Below, in pieces: positions 19,014-27,994 of a stretch of 53,190 bases of DNA (the first letter of the stretch is position 1; each line of letters opens with the position of its first letter). A program made the translations under genes and the position numbers. The DNA is taken from the NCBI GenBank assembly GCA_964393095.1, contig CAYMSL010000001.1, forward strand, positions 1-53,190, in the 5' to 3' direction. Below the pieces are notes generated by a model. The model was not told the DNA's origin. It made no database searches and was given only the letters and a program-made list of their open reading frames with translations. The DNA comes from an uncultured Oscillospiraceae bacterium (lineage in GTDB: Bacteria > Bacillota > Clostridia > Christensenellales > CAG-138).

Positions 19014-20294
19014 CTAGGAAAGCGCCATGCCGAGCGTGAGGATGCCCTCGTTGTCGCGGTAGATGTCCGGAAGCTGCGACAGCGGCAGCGGATTTTCCCC
19101 AAGCCCGGCCTCGATCGTATAGCCGGGTTTCAGATACGTCTGGATAAACCAGTCCTTGTAGCCGGCAAAGCCGCTGCCATAGGGCGTCTCCTCGGCTACG
19201 TAGCCGCTTACGCGGGCAAATTCGTTCGCGATCTCCGCGGCGCGCGGCACCTCGTAATCGAGAAATTTCCAGTAGATCACCTCGCCCTGCGTGTGGTACG
19301 AGAGCGTGAGCAAAAAGGTATGCGCGCGCGTAAATTCGTAAAGCGCCTGATTCTCCGGTTCGGCGAGCGGCGCGCTGCCTACATAATCGCGCGGGCCGGG
19401 CCGGGTGTAGCCCTGCGCAAACTTGATCGTACGCGCCATATCCCAACCGGCCGGATAGCCGAGGTTGAGGTCTACGCCGACGATGTTGGCCTTCCAGCCG
19501 CTCGGGAATGGAATATCCGGGTAGTAGTCGGCAAGCGCCGCCGCCTGCCGGTAATAGCTGTCGCTCTGCGGCAGCGCGCCCGTGACAAGGTCTACGCCGT
19601 CGGGATTGACGAGCGGCAGCACATAGAGCGTCGTATCGGCGTAAAGCGTGCGCGCGTCGTAGCCCGCGATTGAGCCGCCCGCGGCGTAGGCGGCCGCGTA
19701 GCGCTCGAGATAGGTCAAAACCAGCGGCGAGGTGATCCACTCGTTGGCGTGGTGCGCCGCATTGTAGAAAACCTCCTTCGCGCCGGTTCCCATGCGTACA
19801 ACCTCCAGCGCGCGGCCCATCACGCTCGCGCCGACGCGTTCGCGCGTGAGGAACGGGTAGCGCGCCGCAAGGCCGTCGAGCACCAGCGTATTGATCGCAT
19901 ACGACCAGGATACGCTGCCCGGCACGACCTCGAACGAAAGCGGGATCACAAGCCGCGCGCCAAGCGGAATGTTCGCGGGATCGACCGAGGGATTCGCGGT
20001 CTGTATGCTCTCGACGCTCGTGCCATAGCGCCGCGCCAGGTCATAAAACGTGTCTCCCGCGCGTACGACACGCACGTCGTAACCCGAAAGGTACGGATAG
20101 AGCTTTGCCCAGGTCAGCCGCCCCGCCACGCCGTCGGGATCGAGTCCGCGCTCGCGCTGAAAGCGCGTGAGCGCATCGAGCGTGCGCGTGCCGAAGCGTC
20201 CGTCGATCGCGCCGGGGTCGTATCCCGCGCGCTTTAAAGCAAGCTGCAAATACTCCACCATCGGCCCGATGTCCCCGTATCGAATCGTCTCCAT
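19014..20294 (-). CDS. peptidoglycan-binding + LysM + M14 metallocarboxypeptidase (gamma-D-glutamyl-diamino-acid endopeptidase-like)
   Basis: PG_binding_1 motif (VEYLQLALKRAGYDPGAIDGRFGTRTLDALTRFQ). LysM (YDVRVVRAGDTFYDLARRYGTSVESIQTANP). M14 zinc motif region (YNAAHHANEWIT). Confidence 0.8.
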   Translation of the reverse strand: METIRYGDIGPMVEYLQLALKRAGYDPGAIDGRFGTRTLDALTRFQRERGLDPDGVAGRLTWAKLYPYLSGYDVRVVRAGDTFYDLARRYGTSVESIQTANPSVDPANIPLGARLVIPLSFEVVPGSVSWSYAINTLVLDGLAARYPFLTRERVGASVMGRALEVVRMGTGAKEVFYNAAHHANEWITSPLVLTYLERYAAAYAAGGSIAGYDARTLYADTTLYVLPLVNPDGVDLVTGALPQSDSYYRQAAALADYYPDIPFPSGWKANIVGVDLNLGYPAGWDMARTIKFAQGYTRPGPRDYVGSAPLAEPENQALYEFTRAHTFLLTLSYHTQGEVIYWKFLDYEVPRAAEIANEFARVSGYVAEETPYGSGFAGYKDWFIQTYLKPGYTIEAGLGENPLPLSQLPDIYRDNEGILTLGMALS

Positions 20295-20423
20295 ATGCGC
20301 TCCTTTCCTTTGCCGTATGTACCGTTATACGCCGCGCGGCGCAGTCACGCCGTTTCGTGGTTTTTCTCGACAAACCATAGCCGCGCTGGTATAATGTAGA
20401 TATCAAACACGGAGGTTAGAACG

Positions 20424-21707
20424 ATGGGTTTGCTACAAGCCGGAGTCGGCGCGCTCAGCGGCGTGCTGGCCGATCAGTGGAGAGAGTATTTCTACTGCGA
20501 GTCGCTGGGCAGCGATATCCTCGTAAGCAAGGGCGCAAAGCGCGTCAACGAGCGCCGCAGTTCCAACACCAAGGCTTCCGACAACATCATCAGCAACGGC
20601 TCGATTGTCGCCGTCAACGACGGACAGTTTATGATGATCGTCGAGCAGGGCAAGGTCGTGGATTTCTCCGCCGAGCCCGGCGAGTTTGTCTATGATACGT
20701 CCACAGAGCCCTCGCTCTTCTATGGCGGCTTCGGTAAGGGCTTGCTTGAGTCGCTGAAAATTCTCGGCAGACGCTTCACCTTCGGCGGCGACACGGCCAA
20801 GGATCAGCGCGTCTATTTCTTTAACACAAAAGAGATCATCGCAAACAAGTACGGCACGGCAAATCCCGTACCGTTTCGCGTGGTCGATCGCAACGTCGGC
20901 CTCGACATCGACATCGCGATTCGCTGCTTTGGCGAGTATTCCTACAGGCTCGTCGATCCGGTGCTGTTCTACAAGAACGTCTCCGGCAACGTCGAAAACC
21001 TCTATCGCCGCGAGGAGATCGACTCCCAGCTCAAAAGCGAACTGCTCACCGCGCTGCAGCCCGCGTTTGCCCGCATCTCAGAGATGGGCATCCGCTACAG
21101 CGCCCTGCCCGGCCACGCGCAGGAGATTGCCGAAGCGCTCAACGAAGTGCTTTCCACCCAGTGGAAGGAGCTGCGCGGCATCGCGATTGCCTCGTTCGGC
21201 GTAAGCTCCGTCACCGCCTCCGAAGAGGATGAAAACCGCATCAAGCAGCTTCAGCAGGCCGCGGCCCTCAAGGATCCGACGATGGCCGCCGCCGTGCTAG
21301 CAAGCGCACAGGCGCAGGCCATGCAGGACGCCGCAAAGAACGAGGGCGCCGGCGCGTTCGTCGCCTTTGCCGGCATGAACGCCGCCGCAAACGCGGGCGG
21401 CGCCAACCCTGCCTCGCTCTACGCCATGGGCCAGCAGAATCAGGCGGCGAACGCCGCCGCAACCTGGACCTGCCCTAAGTGCGGACACCCCGGCAACACC
21501 GGCAAGTTCTGCAGCAACTGCGGCGCGCCGCAGCCTGTCGCGGACGGCTGGACCTGCCCGAAATGCAGCCATGCGGGCAACAGCGGCAAGTTCTGCGCCG
21601 AATGCGGCCAGGCTAAGCCCGAGGGCGTACAATGCGCCAAGTGCGGCTACCGGGTCGACGACGGCCCCGCGCCCAAGTTCTGCCCCGAGTGCGGGGAGAA
21701 GTTCTAG
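20424..21707 (+). CDS. SPFH/Band-7-like protein (YdjI-type) with three C-terminal zinc-ribbons
   Basis: The N-terminal ~300 aa resemble the SPFH 'virion core protein-like' family (LADQWREYFYCESL...). The C-terminus has three CxxC-x(10-14)-CxxC units: WTCPKCGH..FCSNCG, WTCPKCSH..FCAECG, VQCAKCGY..FCPECG. Confidence 0.75.
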   Translation: MGLLQAGVGALSGVLADQWREYFYCESLGSDILVSKGAKRVNERRSSNTKASDNIISNGSIVAVNDGQFMMIVEQGKVVDFSAEPGEFVYDTSTEPSLFYGGFGKGLLESLKILGRRFTFGGDTAKDQRVYFFNTKEIIANKYGTANPVPFRVVDRNVGLDIDIAIRCFGEYSYRLVDPVLFYKNVSGNVENLYRREEIDSQLKSELLTALQPAFARISEMGIRYSALPGHAQEIAEALNEVLSTQWKELRGIAIASFGVSSVTASEEDENRIKQLQQAAALKDPTMAAAVLASAQAQAMQDAAKNEGAGAFVAFAGMNAAANAGGANPASLYAMGQQNQAANAAATWTCPKCGHPGNTGKFCSNCGAPQPVADGWTCPKCSHAGNSGKFCAECGQAKPEGVQCAKCGYRVDDGPAPKFCPECGEKF

Positions 21708-21734
21708 CCTTTTCCCTGTCCGTTCAAGAAGCAA

Positions 21735-21778
21735 ACGGGCGCTCCGCTTCAATGCGGGGCGCCCGTATTTTTGTTTTG
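21735..21778 (+). terminator. rho-independent terminator of the SPFH gene
   Basis: Long stem ACGGGCGC-TCCGC, loop TTCAAT, stem GCGG-G-GCGCCCGT, followed by ATTTTTGTTTT. Confidence 0.85.
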
Positions 21779-21811
21779 CACGTACGAGTAAAGCAAACAA
21801 AGATTAAGGCG

Positions 21812-21925
21812 ATGAAAACGGCAAAACGCCGTCGCGGCGCCGCCGCGAGGCCTTTTCGGGCGGGGTCTTTGCGACCCGGCCTGCCGCAAGGCCCGCTTGC
21901 ACCGCATGGGAGAGGTGCGCCGAAG
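21812..21925 (+). repeat. copy 1 of a ~114-nt structured intergenic repeat
   Basis: About 80% identical to 21966-22078, with a period of ~154 nt. It contains three hairpins: ACGGC/GCCGT, CGGGCGGGGTC/GACCCGGCCTG and TGCACC/GGTGCG. See findings. Confidence 0.8.
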
Positions 21926-21965
21926 TGCTCCATTACGCATGCCCGCGCAAAAGGGTTATGTGGCG

Positions 21966-22078
21966 GTGAAACGGCAAAGCGCCGTCCCGGTGCCGCTGCG
22001 GAGCCTTCTCGGGCGGGGCCTTTACGGCCCAACCTGCCGTCCGGCCCGCTTGCGCCGCATGGGAGAGGCGCACCGAAG
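21966..22078 (+). repeat. copy 2 of the structured intergenic repeat
   Basis: It has the same three hairpins as copy 1. Compensatory substitutions are GGGGCC/GGCCC and TGCGCC/GGCGCA. Confidence 0.8.
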
Positions 22079-22105
22079 CAGATGGACTGACGCTTGTGCC
22101 CGCCC

Positions 22106-22867
22106 TTACAATCGAATCGCAAACCCTTCAAACTGAGCGAACCCGCCGCCATGGCGCAGATTGCCTTCAGCTTGCAGCCGCCGCAAGGCATCCCTTACCC
22201 TTATGAGCAGATCCGCTTGTATGTTCAGGCTGTGATGCGCCGGAAAAACCCGCTTGACACGAAGCGCGGCGACGCGCTCGACAGACGCCAAGTAGGCTTC
22301 GGGATCGGTGGAGGGAAAATCGGCAAAGAGGGTTCCCTGATAGACCAGATCTCCGCTAAAGAGATAGCCGCGCTCCGCTTCATAAAAACACATATGGCCG
22401 GGCGAATGCCCCGGCGTATGCAACACGCTCAAAACGCGGCCGCCAAGGTCGATCATATCGTTATCCCGAAGCACGCGCGCGGGCGTTCCCTGAAAAATCG
22501 CGTAATCATTCGCATCGTACCCATCAGGCAGGGTGCAGCGATCCAGCAGCATCGTGCGAACCTGTTCTGTGGTCAGGGGGAATCCGCCGTTTAGCCAGCA
22601 TAGCTCCTGTTCATGGCAGTAAAACAGCGGGAAGTGCCGATGGCCGCCGATGTGATCCCAATGCGCATGGGTCGCCGCGGCAATGACCGGCCGATCGGTC
22701 CACTCGATCACCGCCTGCGAAATATCGCCGATTCCGAGGCCCGTATCGATCAATAGGCTCCGATCGGAACCGTTGAGCAGGTAGGCGTGCGTCTCCTCCC
22801 AATGGCGGTATTCGCTGATGATATGCGTATCGCCGTCGATGTGTTCTATCGTAAACCAGTCGTTCAT
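22106..22867 (-). CDS. MBL-fold metallo-hydrolase
   Basis: Trimmed to MNDWFTIEH.... HxHxDH motif (THAHWDHIGG) and a later HTPGHSPGH. ~253 aa. Confidence 0.8.
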   Translation of the reverse strand: MNDWFTIEHIDGDTHIISEYRHWEETHAYLLNGSDRSLLIDTGLGIGDISQAVIEWTDRPVIAAATHAHWDHIGGHRHFPLFYCHEQELCWLNGGFPLTTEQVRTMLLDRCTLPDGYDANDYAIFQGTPARVLRDNDMIDLGGRVLSVLHTPGHSPGHMCFYEAERGYLFSGDLVYQGTLFADFPSTDPEAYLASVERVAALRVKRVFPAHHSLNIQADLLIRVRDALRRLQAEGNLRHGGGFAQFEGFAIRL

Positions 22868-23235
22868 CCGTTTTATTCCATCCCTTGCGCGGACTTCCGC
22901 CGTACCCCGCGCAGCTTTGCGCCGGGCGCAATCCTTATTGTTCACTCTAGCATGATTTGCGGCCTTCCGCAACGGCGTTACGGCGCGAAAGGACGCGCTG
23001 CTTTACGGCGTATCAGCGCATAACCGAACACCCGCGGCGTTTTGACCGCTTCTTTAAACGCGAAGAGAACACAAGCCGGCATACGCCGCCTTTTTGAGGG
23101 CGCTACCGGCCGCATCGCATCGGATTTCATTGCTCTGTCAATGATTGGTTGAAAGCGGGATCGCGCCCGTTTTGACGGTTCCGGAGCGCCGATTCCGCTG
23201 ACGCAAAAAATACGCCGAACGCCGTTTCTCCGCGC

Positions 23236-23934
23236 CTATACCGCCAGATAATGCTTGGCGAGTTCCTCGGTCAAATCGCAGGTATTCCCGCGCGCGACGA
23301 TCTGGCCCTTCTGCATCATCAGGTAGGAGTCGGCGAGCCTCCGCGCAAATTTCAGGTTCTGCTCCACCACCAGGGTCGTGATGGAGAGTTCTTCGGAAAT
23401 AGAGAGCAGTATGTCCGCAATCTCGCTGACGATGTTGGGCTGTATCCCCTCGGTCGGCTCGTCGAGCAGCATGATCCGCGGCGAGGCCATGAGACACCGC
23501 GCGATGGCAAGCTGCTGCTGCAGCCCGCCCGAAAGAACGCCGCCCTTTCTCTCGAGATGCACGTTGAGCGAGGGAAAATACTCAAGCACCTTCTTCATCT
23601 GCTGCGCGCAGTTGATGTGCTTATGCCCGAGCATGCCAAGCTCCATGTTTTCCCGCACCGTCAGGTTGGAGATGATCTCCCTGCCCTGCGGCACATATCC
23701 CATCCCGGCGCGGGAACGCAAATAGGGAGAAAGCTTACTGATGTCTCTTCCCTCGAACTCGATCACGCCCGCCTCGAGCGGCAGCACGCCAATCAAACTT
23801 TTGAGCAGCGTCGTCTTGCCCACGCCGTTGCGCCCCAATATGGCGATGCGCGCCTTGGTGCCGGCCTCGAAGGAAACGCCGTTTATAATCTTGCTCTTGC
23901 CGTAGTTGGTCATCAGGTCTTTCGCGCTCAGCAT
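23236..23934 (-). CDS. ABC transporter ATP-binding protein (LivF/UrtE-like)
   Basis: Walker A GRNGVGKTT, signature LSGGLQQQLAIARCL, Walker B MLLDEPTEG. 232 aa. It is the last gene of the operon. Confidence 0.85.
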   Translation of the reverse strand: MLSAKDLMTNYGKSKIINGVSFEAGTKARIAILGRNGVGKTTLLKSLIGVLPLEAGVIEFEGRDISKLSPYLRSRAGMGYVPQGREIISNLTVRENMELGMLGHKHINCAQQMKKVLEYFPSLNVHLERKGGVLSGGLQQQLAIARCLMASPRIMLLDEPTEGIQPNIVSEIADILLSISEELSITTLVVEQNLKFARRLADSYLMMQKGQIVARGNTCDLTEELAKHYLAV

Positions 23935-24686
23935 GACTCACCCTCCTCGCCCTTGAGGTACACGCGCGCCACCTCGGCGTTTTGCTCCATCTCTTGGTAG
24001 GTTCCCTCGGCAAGCAGCGTTCCCTGGTGCATGACGGTGATGATGCTGCTGATCTGCTTGACAAACTCCATGTCGTGCTCGACCACGATCACCGTGTGAT
24101 CGGCCGCGAACGACTGGATCATGCGGCCGGTCTTTGCGGTCTCCTCGGCCGTCATGCCCGCCGTCGGCTCGTCGAGTATGATCAGCCTCGGGTCCTGCGC
24201 GATCACCATGCCCATCTCGAGCCACTGGCGCTGGCCGTGGGAGAGGAAGCACGCCATCGTCTTACGCTCCTCAAACAGGTCGACCTGCCGCAAAATCGCG
24301 TGCACACGCTCCTCGATCTGCCGCGTGCGCTTAAAGAACACCGTTTGCATAATGGAGGAATAGCCGTAAAGCGCAACCTCCACGTTCTGGTATGCCGTCA
24401 TGTTCTCAAAGAGGTTGGGGCCCTGGAACTTGCGGCCGATCCGGTACTTGAGGGAGATTTCGCTGGGGCTTTTACCGGTGATGTCGCACCCGTCGAATAC
24501 GATTCTGCCCTGGGTGGGCTTGGTCTTGCCGGTGATCATATCCATCAGCGTGGTCTTTCCCGCGCCGTTCGGGCCGATGACCACCCGAAGCTCACATTCC
24601 TTCACCGTCAGGTTCATGTTGCTGACGGCCTGAAATTTATTGAAATCCACGTACAGGCCGGTGACCTGCAAAATCGGTTCCGTCAT
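23928..24686 (-). CDS. ABC transporter ATP-binding protein (LivG/UrtD-like)
   Basis: Trimmed to MTEPILQVTGLYVDF (RBS AAAGGAGG). Walker A GPNGAGKTT. The UrtD-like signature LSHGQRQWLEMGMVIAQDPRLIILDEPTAGM is present. Confidence 0.85.
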   Translation of the reverse strand: MTEPILQVTGLYVDFNKFQAVSNMNLTVKECELRVVIGPNGAGKTTLMDMITGKTKPTQGRIVFDGCDITGKSPSEISLKYRIGRKFQGPNLFENMTAYQNVEVALYGYSSIMQTVFFKRTRQIEERVHAILRQVDLFEERKTMACFLSHGQRQWLEMGMVIAQDPRLIILDEPTAGMTAEETAKTGRMIQSFAADHTVIVVEHDMEFVKQISSIITVMHQGTLLAEGTYQEMEQNAEVARVYLKGEEGESC

Positions 24687-25759
24687 GAGCAAGCCTCCTT
24701 TTGATCGAACTCCGCGTTCTTGCGCTTGGCGCTGGCGCGGGCGTACTGGGAGGCGAGCAATTTGCCGATCAGCCCCGTGGGCAGGAAGAACACAAACACC
24801 AGCACCACGATGCCCATAATCAGCATCCAGTAATCCGATATCTGCTCGGAGAGCAGCGTCTGCGCCCAGTTGATGAGTATGGTTCCCACGATGGCGCCCG
24901 TGAGACTGCCCCTGCCGCCAATCGCCACCCATACAAGAAGAAGCGTCGACAGCGTCAGCCCCACCTCCGTGGGTGAAATAAAGCCGTTCGTGGGGATATA
25001 TAAAACACCCGCGAGTCCCGCCAGCACGCCGGAGATAATGTAGACCGCAATCTTGAAGCGGTTGGGCTTGTAGCCCAAAAACGTCAGCCGCGCTTCATTC
25101 TCCCGGATCGCCTGCAAAACCGTACCAAAACGGGTGCTGGTCAGCCAAATGCAGAAGAAGTAGGTCAGCAGCACCGTGCCAAGGAGTATATAGTACAGGC
25201 TGTTGAGTGAGATCGGCCCGCTGCCGAGCAGCGAACGCTCGAGCCCGCCGAGGCCGTTGCTGCCGTTGGTATATACGTGCTGGTTGGTTACGAACAGTTC
25301 GAATATCTGCGCGAGCGCCAGCGTAATCAGCGAGAAAAACACGCCGCTGATCTTGCTGTTAAATATGAACGTTCCTAAAAACGCCGCGATCAGCCCCGGT
25401 ATCAAAAGCGCCAGTACAAACGCCGCAGCGGGACTTAGCAGCGGCTGGAAGAGCGTGGGAATCCTCTCCAGGCCCGCTTGCTGCATGTACCATGGCAAAC
25501 CCTTGATGAACGTATAGGAAAGCGCGATGATGTAGCCCCCCGAGCCGAACAGCACGGCGTGGCCCATGCTCATCAGCCCCGTATAGCCCCACAGCAGATC
25601 GAGAGAAATGGCGAATATGATATACACCAAAACCTTGGACATCAGCTCTGTGCGAAACGGGTTAAACAGCATGGGGAATATGGCGAGAAACAGAAACGCC
25701 ACGAAATCGATATAGCGATTAACAGGCACGTTTTTCAGCTTTTGATGCAGCATAGGCAT
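24683..25759 (-). CDS. branched-chain/urea-type ABC permease (LivM/UrtC-like)
   Basis: 358-aa polytopic protein. ATGA overlap with the downstream ATPase gene. It has typical LivM-like hydrophobic repeats. Confidence 0.8.
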   Translation of the reverse strand: MPMLHQKLKNVPVNRYIDFVAFLFLAIFPMLFNPFRTELMSKVLVYIIFAISLDLLWGYTGLMSMGHAVLFGSGGYIIALSYTFIKGLPWYMQQAGLERIPTLFQPLLSPAAAFVLALLIPGLIAAFLGTFIFNSKISGVFFSLITLALAQIFELFVTNQHVYTNGSNGLGGLERSLLGSGPISLNSLYYILLGTVLLTYFFCIWLTSTRFGTVLQAIRENEARLTFLGYKPNRFKIAVYIISGVLAGLAGVLYIPTNGFISPTEVGLTLSTLLLVWVAIGGRGSLTGAIVGTILINWAQTLLSEQISDYWMLIMGIVVLVFVFFLPTGLIGKLLASQYARASAKRKNAEFDQKEACS

Positions 25760-25794
25760 CCCGCCCCCTATTCATTGCGCAAATGCGCGCAGCG

Positions 25795-26649
25795 TTACCT
25801 TTTTTCCTTGGAGAACAGCCCCTCGGGCTTAAAGCGAATCAGAATGATGATGATGACGAATATCAGTATCTTCGCGCCGACGTCGTTCCAAAATCCGCCG
25901 AGCACGGTCACGGATTCGCCGATGAGCGCCGCCGAGAATGCGGTGCCGAAGAGGGAATCCACGCCGCCGATGACCACGTTTAAAAACGCGTCGGTGAGAT
26001 ACTGCACGCCCATAAACGGTGACACCGTGCGAATCGGCGCGAGCATGGCGCCGGCAAGGCCGGCAAGCGCCGTGCCGTACGTGAACGTCACGGTATCGAT
26101 GCGCTGCGTGTTGATGCCAAGGCAGCCCGTCATGCTCCTGTTTTCCGTAATGGCGCGGATTTGTTTGCCGAGCGTGGTCTTATGGATGAGCAGCCAAGTG
26201 GAAAGCAGCGCAAGCGCGGCAACCAGCAGGATCACAAGGTTATAATACGGTATCGGCACGTCGCCGAGCTTGAGCGTCCCGGTGAGCGGGATGTTGACGT
26301 ATTTGAGTTCGGGGCCGCTGATAAAGCGCACCGCCTGCTGTATCACAAGCGAAAGCGCGTAGGTGGCAAGCAGCGTTTCGGCCGTCTTGCCGTAAAGCCG
26401 GCGGATTACGAGCCGCTCGATGGCCGCGCCCAGCAAGCCCGTGATCAGAAAAGCGCCGATGATCGAGAAGACATACGGCAGCTTCAATACCGTGCTGGTA
26501 TAGTACGTCACATACGCGCCAACCATAATCAGCTCGCCGTGCGCAAGGTTAACCACCTTCATATGCCCCATGATGATGACAAGGCCGAGCGCGGTCAGCA
26601 ACAGCAGCGCTGCGGAGTTGACGCCATTGGCAAGCAAGAGTCCAAGCAT
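25795..26649 (-). CDS. branched-chain/urea-type ABC permease (LivH/UrtB-like)
   Basis: 284 aa. LGLVIIMGHMKVVNLAHGELIMVGAY is a typical LivH N-terminal motif. Confidence 0.8.
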   Translation of the reverse strand: MLGLLLANGVNSAALLLLTALGLVIIMGHMKVVNLAHGELIMVGAYVTYYTSTVLKLPYVFSIIGAFLITGLLGAAIERLVIRRLYGKTAETLLATYALSLVIQQAVRFISGPELKYVNIPLTGTLKLGDVPIPYYNLVILLVAALALLSTWLLIHKTTLGKQIRAITENRSMTGCLGINTQRIDTVTFTYGTALAGLAGAMLAPIRTVSPFMGVQYLTDAFLNVVIGGVDSLFGTAFSAALIGESVTVLGGFWNDVGAKILIFVIIIILIRFKPEGLFSKEKR

Positions 26650-26684
26650 ACCCGAAGACCCCTTCTTTCTTCAGAACAATAGGG

Positions 26685-26718
26685 GTTCAGAGCACGGCGG
26701 CGACGCCGTGCTCTGAAC
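26685..26718 (-). other. perfect 15-bp intercistronic hairpin after the binding-protein gene
   Basis: GTTCAGAGCACGGCG, 4-nt loop, CGCCGTGCTCTGAAC. It lies between the SBP stop (26734) and the permease start (26649). No U-run follows. Confidence 0.7.
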
Positions 26719-26733
26719 AAGGGCCGTAACTTC

Positions 26734-27903
26734 TTACGGTTTGGGTTCGATCATCTCGGGGGATTCGAAGACGACCTTAAACGAAAGGTCGGACGCGACC
26801 TGCGCGATGCGGCCGCGGCACCAGAGATGATGGGTGGTCGGGTCGATCTTGATGCGGCCCTGCGGCGCGTCCATCTCAAGGCCCGCGAACGCCGCGAGTA
26901 TCGTCTCCGGCTTAAAGTCGGCGGCCTTCTCGAGCGCCATGGCCAGGAGCTTGACCGAATCGTAGCTCGCTTCGCCGACGCAGGTGACGTTGCGGTTGCC
27001 AAACTTCGCTTCGTAGTTATCTACGAACGTCTTGTTGGCCTCGCTCTCAACGGTGTTGAAGTAGTTGAAGCAGGAATAGTGTCCGACTGCCGCCTCGCCG
27101 ATCGCCGCGACCGAGGCTTCGTCCGTAATGGTGCTTGCGATGGGCATCGTGGCGGGATCGAACCCGTAGCTCTGGTACTGCTTGTAGAAGGCTACGGCGC
27201 TGTCGCCGTTGAGGTTCGCGTAGATCACGTCCGGATTGGCCTCCTTGATCTTTGCGATAACGGATGCGAAGTCCGCATTGCCCGAGGGGACGATCTCATT
27301 GCCGACGATCTCGCCGCCGTTGGCCTGCACCACCTCGACGGCCTGCGCGTGGATCAGAGAAACGTACACCGTCTCGGAACCCAGGAAGAAGAACTTCTTG
27401 CCCACGTTCTCAAGCAGCCACGGTACGAACAGATCGTTCTGCTGGTTGAGCACGCTGCCGGTGTAGATGAGGTTGGGGGAGGGATCTTCGCCTTCATAGT
27501 AGGTGGGGTAAACGAGTACGCCGTTGTTCTGCTCCACGACCGGCCGGGCCGCCACGCGGCTTGCCGAGGTGTACAGGCCAACCGTCGCCACAACCTGATC
27601 CTGCATGATCAGCTTTTTCATCTTGTCGGCAGCCTTGGCCGGATCGGTGGAGTAATCCTCAAATACCGGCACCAGCTTTTTGCCCTTGACGCCGCCCGCG
27701 GCGTTCACCTCATCGATCGCCATCATGGCCGCGTTGTACATGCACTCTTCGGAGATGGCCGTAGCGCCGGTCTTTGAGAAAATCAGACCGATCTTGATCT
27801 CATCCGACGCTTCCGTGCTTGCGGTCTTGGCGCACCCCACAAGCCCGACAACCATAATTGCGCACAACAACAACGCCAAACCGATCTTTGTCCTCTGTTT
27901 CAT
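26734..27903 (-). CDS. lipoprotein substrate-binding protein of the AmiC/UrtA (Peripla_BP_5) type
   Basis: Trimmed to MKQRTKIGLALLLCAIMVVGLVGC (lipobox). The body resembles AmiC/UrtA: IGLIFSKTGATA, YPTYYEGEDPSPNLIYTG, DAPQGRIKIDPTTHH, ESPEMIEPKP. Confidence 0.8.
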   Translation of the reverse strand: MKQRTKIGLALLLCAIMVVGLVGCAKTASTEASDEIKIGLIFSKTGATAISEECMYNAAMMAIDEVNAAGGVKGKKLVPVFEDYSTDPAKAADKMKKLIMQDQVVATVGLYTSASRVAARPVVEQNNGVLVYPTYYEGEDPSPNLIYTGSVLNQQNDLFVPWLLENVGKKFFFLGSETVYVSLIHAQAVEVVQANGGEIVGNEIVPSGNADFASVIAKIKEANPDVIYANLNGDSAVAFYKQYQSYGFDPATMPIASTITDEASVAAIGEAAVGHYSCFNYFNTVESEANKTFVDNYEAKFGNRNVTCVGEASYDSVKLLAMALEKAADFKPETILAAFAGLEMDAPQGRIKIDPTTHHLWCRGRIAQVASDLSFKVVFESPEMIEPKP

Positions 27904-27994
27904 GCCCACTGCCCCTTTCTTTTTCCTCTTTGTTATGTCGGCTTCCAGTTCCAGCTTTGGGTATTTCCAACGCAGCCCTGCGTTTGGAACGTGT

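Noticed and set aside
21812-22078. Tandem repeats as a CRISPR array, or as a repeat-containing protein (ORFs 21632-22090 and 21724-22191).
   Set aside because: There are only two copies, ~114 nt long and ~80% identical, with no short spacers and no cas genes. The spanning ORFs lack an RBS and are Arg/Pro/Gly-rich in both orientations, while substitutions preserve base pairing rather than codons.
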